Source of the DNA: an uncultured Spirochaetales bacterium
GTDB lineage: Bacteria > Spirochaetota > Spirochaetia > Sphaerochaetales > Sphaerochaetaceae
DNA length: 64,000 nt
Direction: 5' to 3'
Assembly (NCBI GenBank): GCA_949283305.1
Contig: CASDRU010000016.1
Span: 10,155 to 74,154, forward strand
This document shows positions 54,865 to 62,823 of this stretch, piece after piece; position 1 is the first letter of the stretch, and each line of letters opens with the position of its first letter. The notes under the pieces are model-generated. The model was not told the origin of the DNA and ran no database searches. It was given only the letters and a program-made list of their open reading frames with translations. The position numbers and the translations under genes were made by a program.

Positions 54865-54895
54865 AATGTATTCTAGATTTGATCCGAAGGCAAAG

Positions 54896-55006
54896 AAAAA
54901 TAAATAAGGAGCGGCTCCTTGGATTACCGCTCCTCGCTTTGTATCATCTTTTGTGTTTGCTGATGGAGCCTGCTGGATTTGAACCGGCGACCCAAGGATT
55001 ATGAGT
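54896..55006. repeat. tRNA-flank repeat unit, copy B (hairpin + shortened spacer + tRNA 3' half)
   Basis: Hairpin at 54908-54933 is identical to copies A and C. Confidence 0.85.
54964..55006 (-). pseudogene. tRNA-Met 3' half fragment (discriminator to 5' edge of anticodon loop)
   Basis: 41/43 nt identical to 56011-56053. The two differences lie in the acceptor stem. Confidence 0.85.
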
Positions 55007-55207
55007 GCATCCTTCTGAGTGTCAGATACAAGTAGTTAGCGATATTTCTTGATATAAGATAAGTAATTAAATGATATGTGTAAATAAGAGTGCTCAGATA
55101 TGCTTCTTACTTATCTTCCTGTAGTAATTCTGCAAGAACTTCTGCCTGGAAAGGAAGAAGACTTTCTCCGACTTGGTTGGTCTATCATTATCCCATCTGA
55201 CCTTGGA

Positions 55208-55771
55208 CTATTCGAGAGTGCAGATATAATCAGCAACCTGTAAAAGCTTGTAGTCCTTCTGATAGGCTGTACGGAAATCCATTCTGTTTCCGAATATCTT
55301 CCCAAACGTATTCCTGAGGATTTTGCTTATAGCGGCTTGTCTGCAATCATAATATATGGTGATTCTTTCGAAGCTCTGAAAATAATCAAGTTTGTCCTCA
55401 ATGAAGCTTTTTATCTGATGTTCAAATGCATCTTCCAGTTGTTTGCTATCTTGATAGAACGATTTTTTTGCTGTGAATGTAGTGTAAGAAATTGGAAGCT
55501 GTTCTGCAAATCTTGCAAATACACGGAATATGCTTTTCCTTTCTTCACGTAGCATATTCTCAAATGGTTTATCCTGCCTTATCAATGGAATTGTATGTAT
55601 AAATGCTACCTTGCAATTCATTGATAGTAATTTCGCATCAAGGAAAGCAATCTCAGAAGAGATATCATCATCCTGATCATGGAAAACCATAGCAAGGCAA
55701 TATTCAGGATTCTGTCTGTTGGAAAGGTTCAGATTACCACTTTCATCGATATGGATAGACAGAACAGACAA
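55208..55771 (-). CDS. DUF3800-family protein, possibly truncated by an in-frame TAG
   Basis: TTG start. The N-terminal LSIHIDESGN is typical of DUF3800, as is LQVADYIC near the end. The same frame stays open for 37 more codons after the TAG, down to 55094. Confidence 0.7.
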   Translation of the reverse strand: MSVLSIHIDESGNLNLSNRQNPEYCLAMVFHDQDDDISSEIAFLDAKLLSMNCKVAFIHTIPLIRQDKPFENMLREERKSIFRVFARFAEQLPISYTTFTAKKSFYQDSKQLEDAFEHQIKSFIEDKLDYFQSFERITIYYDCRQAAISKILRNTFGKIFGNRMDFRTAYQKDYKLLQVADYICTLE

Positions 55772-55929
55772 GACAAGCCCCTTACAAAGAAATTGCCAGA
55801 GGTCTACCTCTGGCTCTACGGCGGGGAACTCGCCCCTGTTCGGCTTGGTGTCCGACCTAACTATAATATAGCAGGAAACTTACTCTTTGGAAAGTTCTAT
55901 TACCTCTGGTTCCTGGAGAAAGTGAAGGA

Positions 55930-56053
55930 AAATAAATAAGGAGCGGCTCCTTGGATTACCGCTCCTCGTTTGCTAAGAAAAGGCTTTGTATCACCTTTTG
56001 TATCTTAAGATGGGCCCTGCTGGATTTGAACCGGCGACCCAAGGATTATGAGT
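55930..56053. repeat. tRNA-flank repeat unit, copy C (hairpin + spacer + 3' half of the intact tRNA)
   Basis: Hairpin at 55940-55965 followed on the minus strand by TTATTTATTTT. It functions as the tRNA terminator. Confidence 0.85.
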
Positions 56054-56083
56054 CCTTTGCTCTAACCGCTGAGCTAAGAGCCC
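56011..56083 (-). tRNA. tRNA with CAT anticodon (elongator Met, or Ile2 if lysidinylated); CCA not encoded
   Basis: A 73-nt cloverleaf folded by hand: acceptor GGGCUCU/AGGGCCC, D arm GCUC/GAGC, anticodon arm AAGGA-CUCAUAA-UCCUU, T arm GCCGG-UUCAAAU-CCAGC (one C-A mismatch). Confidence 0.85.
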
Positions 56084-56135
56084 GTGCTCTGTAAATTTAG
56101 CAGAATTGAAATTTTTTCGCAATACCTGATTTTGC

Positions 56136-56164
56136 TTGACATAGTATGAGTCTGATGCTATATA
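56136..56164 (+). promoter_or_regulatory. candidate promoter of the ytrA-type operon
   Basis: TTGACA-17 nt-TATATA. Confidence 0.55.
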
Positions 56165-56168
56165 GTTA

Positions 56169-56186
56169 GTTAGTTGAGTAACTAAC
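56169..56186. promoter_or_regulatory. perfect inverted repeat, candidate GntR/YtrA operator
   Basis: GTTAGTT-GAGT-AACTAAC, located between the -10 and the SD. Confidence 0.5.
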
Positions 56187-56203
56187 CAATAAAGGAGAAA
56201 AAC

Positions 56204-56575
56204 TTGAGTTGGAATTTTAGAGAGGACATACCTATATTCATTCAACTTGCATCTTTTATTGAAGATGATATCTTCTGCCTGAAATACAGAGAAGGAGAAG
56301 CCCTTCCGTCAACCACAGAATTAAGCGCGACACTGCGCATCAATCCTGCAACAGTCCTGAAGGGCGTGAACATCCTTGTCGATGAAGGTCTGGTAGAGAA
56401 AAGAAGAGGTCTTGGAATGTATGTAAAGGAAAATGCAAGGGAAATGATAAAAGAGAAAAGAAAAGCATCCTTCTCTTCTTCATTTGTCTTTCCTCTTGTA
56501 AATGAGGCAAAGAAACTCGGAATGACTGAAGATGAGATACTGGATGCTGTTAAAAAGGAGATTGAAAATGATTGA
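56204..56575 (+). CDS. GntR-family transcriptional regulator, YtrA subfamily
   Basis: 123 aa with LPSTTELSATLRINPATVLKGVNILVDEGLVEKRRGLGMYV. TTG start with AAAGGAG upstream. Confidence 0.88.
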   Translation: MSWNFREDIPIFIQLASFIEDDIFCLKYREGEALPSTTELSATLRINPATVLKGVNILVDEGLVEKRRGLGMYVKENAREMIKEKRKASFSSSFVFPLVNEAKKLGMTEDEILDAVKKEIEND

Positions 56576-57371
56576 GATTAAGAATGTCTCTAAGAATTTT
56601 GGAGATATAAAAGCACTTGACAATGTATCTCTTGAAATTGAGAAAGGCCATATATATGGATTTTTTGGAAGAAACGGTGCAGGCAAAAGCACCCTCATGA
56701 GGGCAATTGCTGATTACATCCCTCTTACAGGGGGAAGCATCAGTGCCACCGAAGATGAAGATCTTTCAAGACTCGTATCCCTTTCCAGCGAGGACAACCT
56801 CTTTCTGTCCTCACTGCGTGTGAAAAAGATCCTTGAATATCTTTCTGATATTGGACGATGCGATGCAGAGGAGGAAGCCAGACTTTTGAGAGTCTTCAAT
56901 CTGAATGGAAAGAAGAAATGGGAAAAGCTCAGCCAGGGAGAAAGGATGATGCTGAAAAACATAATCACTCTCTCATCAGATGCCGAGTATCTGCTCTTTG
57001 ATGAACCTGTCGCAAACCTGGATCCGGTAAACAGGGACCTGTTTTATCATGAGGTGATGAGAAAGCTTGAGGAAGGGAAAGCCGTTTTCATATCAACACA
57101 CCTCATCAATGATATAGAGAATATTGCAGACAGGATAATATTCATAGACAGCGGAAGGATAATCCTTAATGAGAGTGCGGAAAAACTGAGCACTGCATGC
57201 CGTACATATTCAAAACCTGATGGGGCTTTCATCAAGCATGGCTTCCGCCTCAACAAGCCCTACTGGCTTATATTCTCAGAAGAAAGAGATGAGGATAAAG
57301 AGCATGTAGATCTTGAAAACCTGTTTATTGAAATGGCAAAGGAGGATTCAAATGAAAATTACAAGATATGA
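56568..57371 (+). CDS. ABC transporter ATP-binding protein
   Basis: Walker A GRNGAGKSTL, signature-like LSQGERM, Walker B LLFDEP. Its ATG overlaps the regulator stop (ATGATTGA). Confidence 0.85.
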   Translation: MIEIKNVSKNFGDIKALDNVSLEIEKGHIYGFFGRNGAGKSTLMRAIADYIPLTGGSISATEDEDLSRLVSLSSEDNLFLSSLRVKKILEYLSDIGRCDAEEEARLLRVFNLNGKKKWEKLSQGERMMLKNIITLSSDAEYLLFDEPVANLDPVNRDLFYHEVMRKLEEGKAVFISTHLINDIENIADRIIFIDSGRIILNESAEKLSTACRTYSKPDGAFIKHGFRLNKPYWLIFSEERDEDKEHVDLENLFIEMAKEDSNENYKI

Positions 57372-57984
57372 CAAGAGAGAGCTTCTGTCATCAGGCATTA
57401 CTTTTATAGGTGTTTATATTATTTTTCTTGCCGTAAATTTATTCACAGGAGGAAGAATCCTGATTGATGATGATTATATATCATCAGCTGTAATTTCATC
57501 TGTTCTTCTCTCCTGTATCGCTATTGCCGCTTTATGCCTAGGATGCTGCACCATTCAGAATTTCAGGATGAACATGCTTTCAGGACTGTCAAGGAAATCC
57601 AGCTACGCTGACATGATTAAAAGGCACGCTCTTTCCTTCTATGTTCCAGTCATCCCCTTCTGCATGCTAACATTCATAACATTTGCTCCAGAGAGAGATT
57701 TCAGTAGTGCTGTCTTTTACCTAATGCTTGTAATCCTTGCACCTGCATCACTTTTCTTCCTGGGCCTCAGCTTCACGACTTTTGTGCTTGCACTGAGAAA
57801 GCTCTTTGCTGTTCCTCTGATTATTCTTTTAAGCATATTTTATCTGATGTGTGCGGGCAATCTGATAAGAACAAGAGCAAGCGCATTGCTGTTCCTGTCT
57901 GTCTCAGCGCTCATTCTCTTTGCATTCACCTGCACTCTTCTCGTCAGGAAGAAAGTGGCAATCAAAAGCACGACAATAAACTGA
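57352..57984 (+). CDS. polytopic membrane protein (putative permease partner of the ABC ATPase)
   Basis: About 6 TM helices. GGAGG upstream of the ATG at 57352. Confidence 0.6.
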   Translation: MKITRYDKRELLSSGITFIGVYIIFLAVNLFTGGRILIDDDYISSAVISSVLLSCIAIAALCLGCCTIQNFRMNMLSGLSRKSSYADMIKRHALSFYVPVIPFCMLTFITFAPERDFSSAVFYLMLVILAPASLFFLGLSFTTFVLALRKLFAVPLIILLSIFYLMCAGNLIRTRASALLFLSVSALILFAFTCTLLVRKKVAIKSTTIN

Positions 57985-57985
57985 A

Positions 57986-58008
57986 AAAAGGAGGCCGCGC
58001 CTCCTTTT
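57986..58008. terminator. bidirectional terminator between convergent genes
   Basis: AAAAGGAGGC-cgc-GCCTCCTTTT, with A/T runs on both sides. Confidence 0.7.
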
Positions 58009-58009
58009 C

Positions 58010-58492
58010 TCATTCATCATCTTCAGAAAACATCCACTGAGAATAATCTCCATCATCTTCAGTGATGAAGGACTCATCTGCAAGATTCTTAAGAAGAGCA
58101 AAAACCTCTTCGTCATTTCCCCGCCCCTGATAAACCCCCAGATCCTCGCGGAGGCTGTGGCTGTAGAGAAAAATGCGCGGGGGTGTATAGAAGCTTTTTG
58201 TATCGTACTGCCGCTGAATCTCTTTTACACTCACAGAGCTTGCTGAAGCAAGAAGACGCAGATTCACGCTCTCAATCTGGGAAACAAAACAAGGACGGCC
58301 CTCAGAATAGAGAACATATGCATAATGAATGGCTATCATGCTGTTCTGGCTGTCTACTGCCGGGAATTTGTGCATGCTGAATTCAAGACCATTATCTTCC
58401 TTTCCCCTTCTGACAACTGAGGAATTCATATCAAGGAGAGTATCGAACTCCCCTCTTTCTATTGCATCAAGACTGTCTTTTTTTAATATCAT
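58010..58492 (-). CDS. hypothetical acidic protein
   Basis: 160 aa ORF that overlaps the upstream yihY-like gene by 4 nt. No recognisable motif. Confidence 0.5.
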   Translation of the reverse strand: MILKKDSLDAIERGEFDTLLDMNSSVVRRGKEDNGLEFSMHKFPAVDSQNSMIAIHYAYVLYSEGRPCFVSQIESVNLRLLASASSVSVKEIQRQYDTKSFYTPPRIFLYSHSLREDLGVYQGRGNDEEVFALLKNLADESFITEDDGDYSQWMFSEDDE

Positions 58493-59760
58493 ACTCTCTC
58501 CAGAAGATTCTCGACATTGAGGTTTTCCATGTCCTTTACTCCACGGGATGCAAGCTCGATTGCAATAGCCTCTCCCACTGTCGAAATATCCTCATTCATC
58601 TTGTTCTCAAGCCCGTAAAGAACCTGAATTATCTCTTTCAGGTATATTCTGTCCAGAGGCCTGGATGGAATGAATGCCGTGTGATTGTTGTTCACGCTCA
58701 TTATTATTCCACCGTCCTCAAGACAGTTTATATATCCATACAGCCTGCTCTGTGGGACCGCAAGCTTTCTGACCAGCTCTCTCTCATTCATTGCTCCGCC
58801 TCCGCTTTTGTATCTGTCAGAGACTAGGAGTACAAGATTTATTCCCTCCGTTATCTGGGAAAGCGGGGACTCAGGATGCCCTTTTATGAGTCCTTTATCC
58901 GGACGGAACTGATGAACATATGCAATTTCTGCAGACATCATTATCAGATACCACAGTATGTAGAAATAAAGCAGTGCAAATAAGATGGATGCAAGCGAAC
59001 CGTAGATTATCGAGTAATTGACCGATGTGTTGATGAAGAATGAGAAAACAGCAGATGATATTATGATAGCCACCATGCCGCTGGTTGCACCGATTGCGGC
59101 ACTTGTCTTCCTTATCTTTGCGTTCGGAAGGAACTTTATCAGGGAAAAGAGTATTCCCCATATGCTTCCCACAAGAACAAGGTTCTCCCATATAGTCTTG
59201 CTTCTTTCTGCGTAGCCTATTGCAGAACGGACAGATCCGGCAATCTTTGACTGTATGGCGACAAGAAGGAGAATGAGGAACGCAAGCACAACAAGAAAAG
59301 TGAGGAATGTAGTGAAGCGTCTCAGCGTGCTTGTTCTTGGAGATGTGCGGAATATCCTGTTTATGACAGTATATGCCTTGTTTACAAGAAGAATGCTCGT
59401 TATGGCGAATGTGACAAAACCAACAATCCCAAGACTCATTGCATTTCCTGTATAGGACCTCAAAGCGGCAACAAGCTCCTCTGCATTGTCAACCATCAGA
59501 TTATCTGAGAGAAAATGAATCAGGAATGCTATGAATGAATCCAGAGCCCCGAATGCAGAGAGTATGAAGAACAGAAAAGTCACAGTCGGCACCAGAGCAA
59601 TGAGAGTCGAATAAACCATTCCTGATGCCATTATGTTTATATTGTCCCTTCCCATCCTTCTGAATGACAGGGCAAGAACATGGAAGTAATCAGACCACCA
59701 AGCCTGTACTTTTGTTAAAATTCCTTTTTCCTTATTATTGTTCATCAGGCCACCCTGCAA
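58489..59760 (-). CDS. YihY/BrkB-family membrane protein with a C-terminal winged-helix-like extension
   Basis: About 6 TM helices typical of YihY. The last ~120 aa (ERELVRKLAVPQSRLYGYINCLEDGGII...) resemble an Rrf2-like wHTH. The start may be at 59745. Confidence 0.7.
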   Translation of the reverse strand: MQGGLMNNNKEKGILTKVQAWWSDYFHVLALSFRRMGRDNINIMASGMVYSTLIALVPTVTFLFFILSAFGALDSFIAFLIHFLSDNLMVDNAEELVAALRSYTGNAMSLGIVGFVTFAITSILLVNKAYTVINRIFRTSPRTSTLRRFTTFLTFLVVLAFLILLLVAIQSKIAGSVRSAIGYAERSKTIWENLVLVGSIWGILFSLIKFLPNAKIRKTSAAIGATSGMVAIIISSAVFSFFINTSVNYSIIYGSLASILFALLYFYILWYLIMMSAEIAYVHQFRPDKGLIKGHPESPLSQITEGINLVLLVSDRYKSGGGAMNERELVRKLAVPQSRLYGYINCLEDGGIIMSVNNNHTAFIPSRPLDRIYLKEIIQVLYGLENKMNEDISTVGEAIAIELASRGVKDMENLNVENLLERV

Positions 59761-60652
59761 GGAAGTTCAGTATGTCGTTATAGACTTCATTTCTGTTTGT
59801 CTCATTGAGTATCTCATGGCGTGCTCCTGGATAAAGATGGCATCTGACATCCTTGACTCCTGCCTCCTTATATAGCTTCTCGACCTTCTTCACGCCCTTT
59901 GAGTAGGCACCGACAGGATCCTCTGAGCCGCTGAGAATCAGCATGCTCAGATCTTTTCTGACCTTTCTTGCATTCTCAATGCTGTTTGCATTCTCAATGA
60001 GCTCTATAAGATCAAGATAGAAAGAGGAAGTGCATACAAAGCCGCAGAAATCATCATTTTCATACTTCTCGACCTCACTTTTATCCCTGGAAAGCCAGGC
60101 ATTGCTTCCCTCTCCTTTGAAATGCTTTGAATATGAGGAGAAAGCCATGTTGTTCATGAATGAATCCACATAATCTGGCCCGTATTTTTTTATCCTCTGC
60201 CTTGCTATGATGCGGCCAAAAAAGGAAAGAAGGCCCTGAGAGTATCCTGTGCCTATTATTACAGCCTTGTCATAGTCCTCAGGATAGTATGAAAGACAGA
60301 GTCTTGTTATGAATGAGCCCATTGAATGCCCGATTACCATATGCTTCAGACCAGCCTTCTCTTTTTTGATCAGGCTGTCCACGCTGTGAGATGCCTCTAT
60401 GGCATAAAGCCATCCATCCTCGCTTTTGAAAAAGCCCTTCTTTCCATCTTTGGCGCTTTTTCCATGTCCCGGATGGTCCTGAATATATACAGTGTATCCG
60501 TACTTGTTCAAAAAGCTTATGAAATTCTCATAGCGCTTTGAATGCTCCGCCATGCCATGATTGATATGGACCACGGCTTTTTCATCCTCAGCAGGATATA
60601 CGCAAAAGAAAAGTTTTTCTCCGTCAGATAGCTCAATAAATCTCTCTGTCAT
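59735..60652 (-). CDS. alpha/beta hydrolase (lysophospholipase/monoacylglycerol lipase-like)
   Basis: HGMAEH and GHSMGS nucleophile elbow. Start at MTERFIEL (60652). Confidence 0.8.
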   Translation of the reverse strand: MTERFIELSDGEKLFFCVYPAEDEKAVVHINHGMAEHSKRYENFISFLNKYGYTVYIQDHPGHGKSAKDGKKGFFKSEDGWLYAIEASHSVDSLIKKEKAGLKHMVIGHSMGSFITRLCLSYYPEDYDKAVIIGTGYSQGLLSFFGRIIARQRIKKYGPDYVDSFMNNMAFSSYSKHFKGEGSNAWLSRDKSEVEKYENDDFCGFVCTSSFYLDLIELIENANSIENARKVRKDLSMLILSGSEDPVGAYSKGVKKVEKLYKEAGVKDVRCHLYPGARHEILNETNRNEVYNDILNFLAGWPDEQ

Positions 60653-60787
60653 AGCTAAACTATAGCACAAGCGGTGCACTCAGTCATTCTTTTATTTCAT
60701 TTGAGAATGCCTCATGCCATGATTTTGCTCAAAATGGTTCTTTTGCCTGAACTTGTGCATGCTTTTTTTGTAGGTTATCATCTGAAT

Positions 60788-61276
60788 ATGAAATATCTTA
60801 TAGTCTCAGATGTTCACTCATCCCCTGATGCCGTGAAGAAGATAATTAAAATAAAATACCAGCTTTCCTGCGATGCTGTGATAAACTGCGGAGATTTATG
60901 CCCTGTCACAGAAGATGACATAGCGCTCTCTTCATCCTTCCTTTCAGTGAGCGGCAACTGTGACAGATATTATTCACTTCCCTTCGATCTTCCTTTAAAA
61001 AGACAGTTCCTCTTTTCTGGACGCACTGTGACAGTCACTCATGGAGACAGGTATGTCTATTCTGATTTCAACCTGAAAAGCGGGGATATATTCATATCAG
61101 GGCACACCCACATTCCACTGCTTGAGAAAACTGGAAGCGGAATCATCCTGATCAATCCTGGCTCTGCAGCACGTCCTCGCTCGAAAGAAGGAAAGACTGT
61201 CGCTGTCTTAAGTGAAGCAGAGGCTGAGATAATCTCATTTACTTCTCTTGCCACGCTTAAGAAGATAGCGCTCTAG
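60788..61276 (+). CDS. metallophosphoesterase, YfcE/MJ0936 family
   Basis: MKYLIVSDVHS, GDL and GHTH motifs. The longer 60674 start looks artefactual. Confidence 0.8.
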   Translation: MKYLIVSDVHSSPDAVKKIIKIKYQLSCDAVINCGDLCPVTEDDIALSSSFLSVSGNCDRYYSLPFDLPLKRQFLFSGRTVTVTHGDRYVYSDFNLKSGDIFISGHTHIPLLEKTGSGIILINPGSAARPRSKEGKTVAVLSEAEAEIISFTSLATLKKIAL

Positions 61277-62758
61277 CCTTCTCTTTTCATCGTAGTAACA
61301 GGAAATGAGCCTTGATTCTGAAATGGATCTGTTTCCGTCGATATCAGGATCTATGCTGTATATGAAATGATCAGGAATCCTGTTTCTCTCATCCTCTTCC
61401 ATGTTCAGAATATCAAGTCCCTCAGAAAGAAGATTCCTTGTAGCAAGCATGTGCATCTTCACATGCCGCATCGTCCAGCGCAGGAGTGCTCGGCTTTTGA
61501 AACATATGCGCGGCAGTGTTGATATATATGAAATATAAGAGCTCATGATGGGAAGATTGCGGTCCGCAAGGGCTCTGGTATACACCCTCTCATAAAGAGC
61601 AAGAATTGCCGCAATATCCTCTCTCGTGATCCTAACTCTCAAATATCTTGTGTACTTCGGCTCTGAAACTTCTCCAAGAATGTAGAAAAGCGCATCTTCA
61701 TAGCTGCCCCGCAGATCAGTCTCGATTATCCTTCCTCCCATCTGGAAGATCGGAGTGTAATACATGTTCCTGCCAGAGGACAGAAGTATGCATGCATTCT
61801 TGATCTCCTCTTCATCCCTGATTCTGTTATCTGCAAGATAGGCTGAAGAAAGAATGGTGTCCAGACCATAGTCTGAAAGGATTTTTGCTATCTTCACCAC
61901 CTTTGTTATCGAGAAAATGTCATTTTTTGAACCAAGTGCCATACAAGTGCGGAGAGTCGGGGCATAAGAATAATCCTTTATGTATCTCAGACAAGAAACA
62001 GGGCATGATGTGCATGTTGAAGCATAAAGACCGAATCTCTCTTTCAGGTACTGCCCGTCAAGACAGATTGCACGCGCATCGAAACGGCGGGAAAAATTAT
62101 CTACAGGCATATATGATATTCTTGAAGCATCGCAAATTGCCATTGCAGATCCATCCCTTTTCAGGCTCTTATAAAGCCTTGTCTTCTCAAGACGGGCAAG
62201 AAAAAAGGGAGAAAGATTTCCGTTTTTCTTTATTCCTGGATTGAAGACTACAGCTTTCAGACCCATAAGGGCCATAAGATATCCAAGATAGAGAGATGAG
62301 AGAATCTCTCTTTCATTCAGGTATGATGCGCTGAAAAGAGATTTCCTTTCTGCGGCAATGCCTGTTATGATTGCCTCTTCTCCGCTTTTCATATACAAGG
62401 AGATGAATTCATTCTGGCTCAGAAGTGAAGAAGAAGGAAGCAATGACACCCCGCTTCCTGAGACTGAAAGATAAAGAAGCCTCTTTGCTCTTCCTGTGAT
62501 TATGAGCGCGCTGTAACCATAGTATTTCAATATTGCTGATATGTTCGAACTTATATATGTGGAAATCTTCTTGGCAAGAGGAAGGGAAGAAAAGCCTATG
62601 AGGCTGACACTGTCCTTCTCGCTATCTTCAGCAGAAGAAAATGCAATGTATTCATCGTATTTCTTTCCAAGGACATTAAGAAGACGGAAAGGAGATGTAT
62701 TTATATCCGAATCAACCTTTATGCTCTCTTTCTCAAGGTCCACAACAAGCATGCTCAT
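61235..62758 (-). CDS. aldehyde:ferredoxin oxidoreductase-family protein, short and divergent
   Basis: CTSCPVSC (CxxCxxxC) followed by LGSKNDIFSI...AKILSDYGLDTILSSAYLA, the AOR-family core pattern. 507 aa, shorter than the usual ~600. Confidence 0.55.
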   Translation of the reverse strand: MSMLVVDLEKESIKVDSDINTSPFRLLNVLGKKYDEYIAFSSAEDSEKDSVSLIGFSSLPLAKKISTYISSNISAILKYYGYSALIITGRAKRLLYLSVSGSGVSLLPSSSLLSQNEFISLYMKSGEEAIITGIAAERKSLFSASYLNEREILSSLYLGYLMALMGLKAVVFNPGIKKNGNLSPFFLARLEKTRLYKSLKRDGSAMAICDASRISYMPVDNFSRRFDARAICLDGQYLKERFGLYASTCTSCPVSCLRYIKDYSYAPTLRTCMALGSKNDIFSITKVVKIAKILSDYGLDTILSSAYLADNRIRDEEEIKNACILLSSGRNMYYTPIFQMGGRIIETDLRGSYEDALFYILGEVSEPKYTRYLRVRITREDIAAILALYERVYTRALADRNLPIMSSYISYISTLPRICFKSRALLRWTMRHVKMHMLATRNLLSEGLDILNMEEDERNRIPDHFIYSIDPDIDGNRSISESRLISCYYDEKRRLERYLLKRGKRSK

Positions 62759-62786
62759 ACCATGATTATAGAAAAATTAGTTTTTT

Positions 62787-62814
62787 TTGTAATCCTCACA
62801 ATTAATGCTATAAT
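62787..62814 (+). promoter_or_regulatory. candidate promoter of the uridine-kinase-like gene
   Basis: TTGTAA-16 nt-TATAAT. The -10 ends 9 nt before the ATG. Confidence 0.45.
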
Positions 62815-62823
62815 TAACAGACC

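Noticed and set aside
55208-55210. The TAG in DUF3800 read as pyrrolysine or programmed read-through
   Set aside because: There are no pyl genes and no PYLIS-like context in the window, and TAG is used as an ordinary stop elsewhere (for example at 29162 and 32121). A nonsense mutation is the simpler reading.
55111-55305. 64-aa minus-strand ORF overlapping the end of DUF3800
   Set aside because: It is out of frame with DUF3800, overlaps it, and has no SD or motif. The in-frame continuation of DUF3800 explains the open sequence better.
53973-55965. The three identical 26-nt hairpin repeats considered as a CRISPR array or integron attC sites
   Set aside because: The spacing is about 0.93-1.03 kb with whole genes between the copies, not 30-40 nt spacers. 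No cas genes are present. The repeats lack the attC R/L box organisation and no intI is present. The tRNA 3' half attached to copy B points to a tRNA-flank duplication instead.
56011-56083. Initiator tRNA-fMet assignment for the CAT tRNA
   Set aside because: Position 1-72 is a normal G-C pair, and the anticodon stem (AAGGA/UCCUU) lacks the three consecutive G-C pairs of initiators. It is therefore elongator Met or Ile2, and sequence alone cannot separate those two.
17710-60788. Long N-terminal extensions offered by the ORF track (starts at 6662, 19539, 29839, 43016, 45024, 46647, 48532, 49374, 53895, 60679, 60674)
   Set aside because: Each extension overlaps the upstream gene or lacks an SD. 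An internal Met that has an SD, or that matches the family N-terminus, is available instead. Starts were trimmed accordingly, and residual uncertainty is noted per feature.
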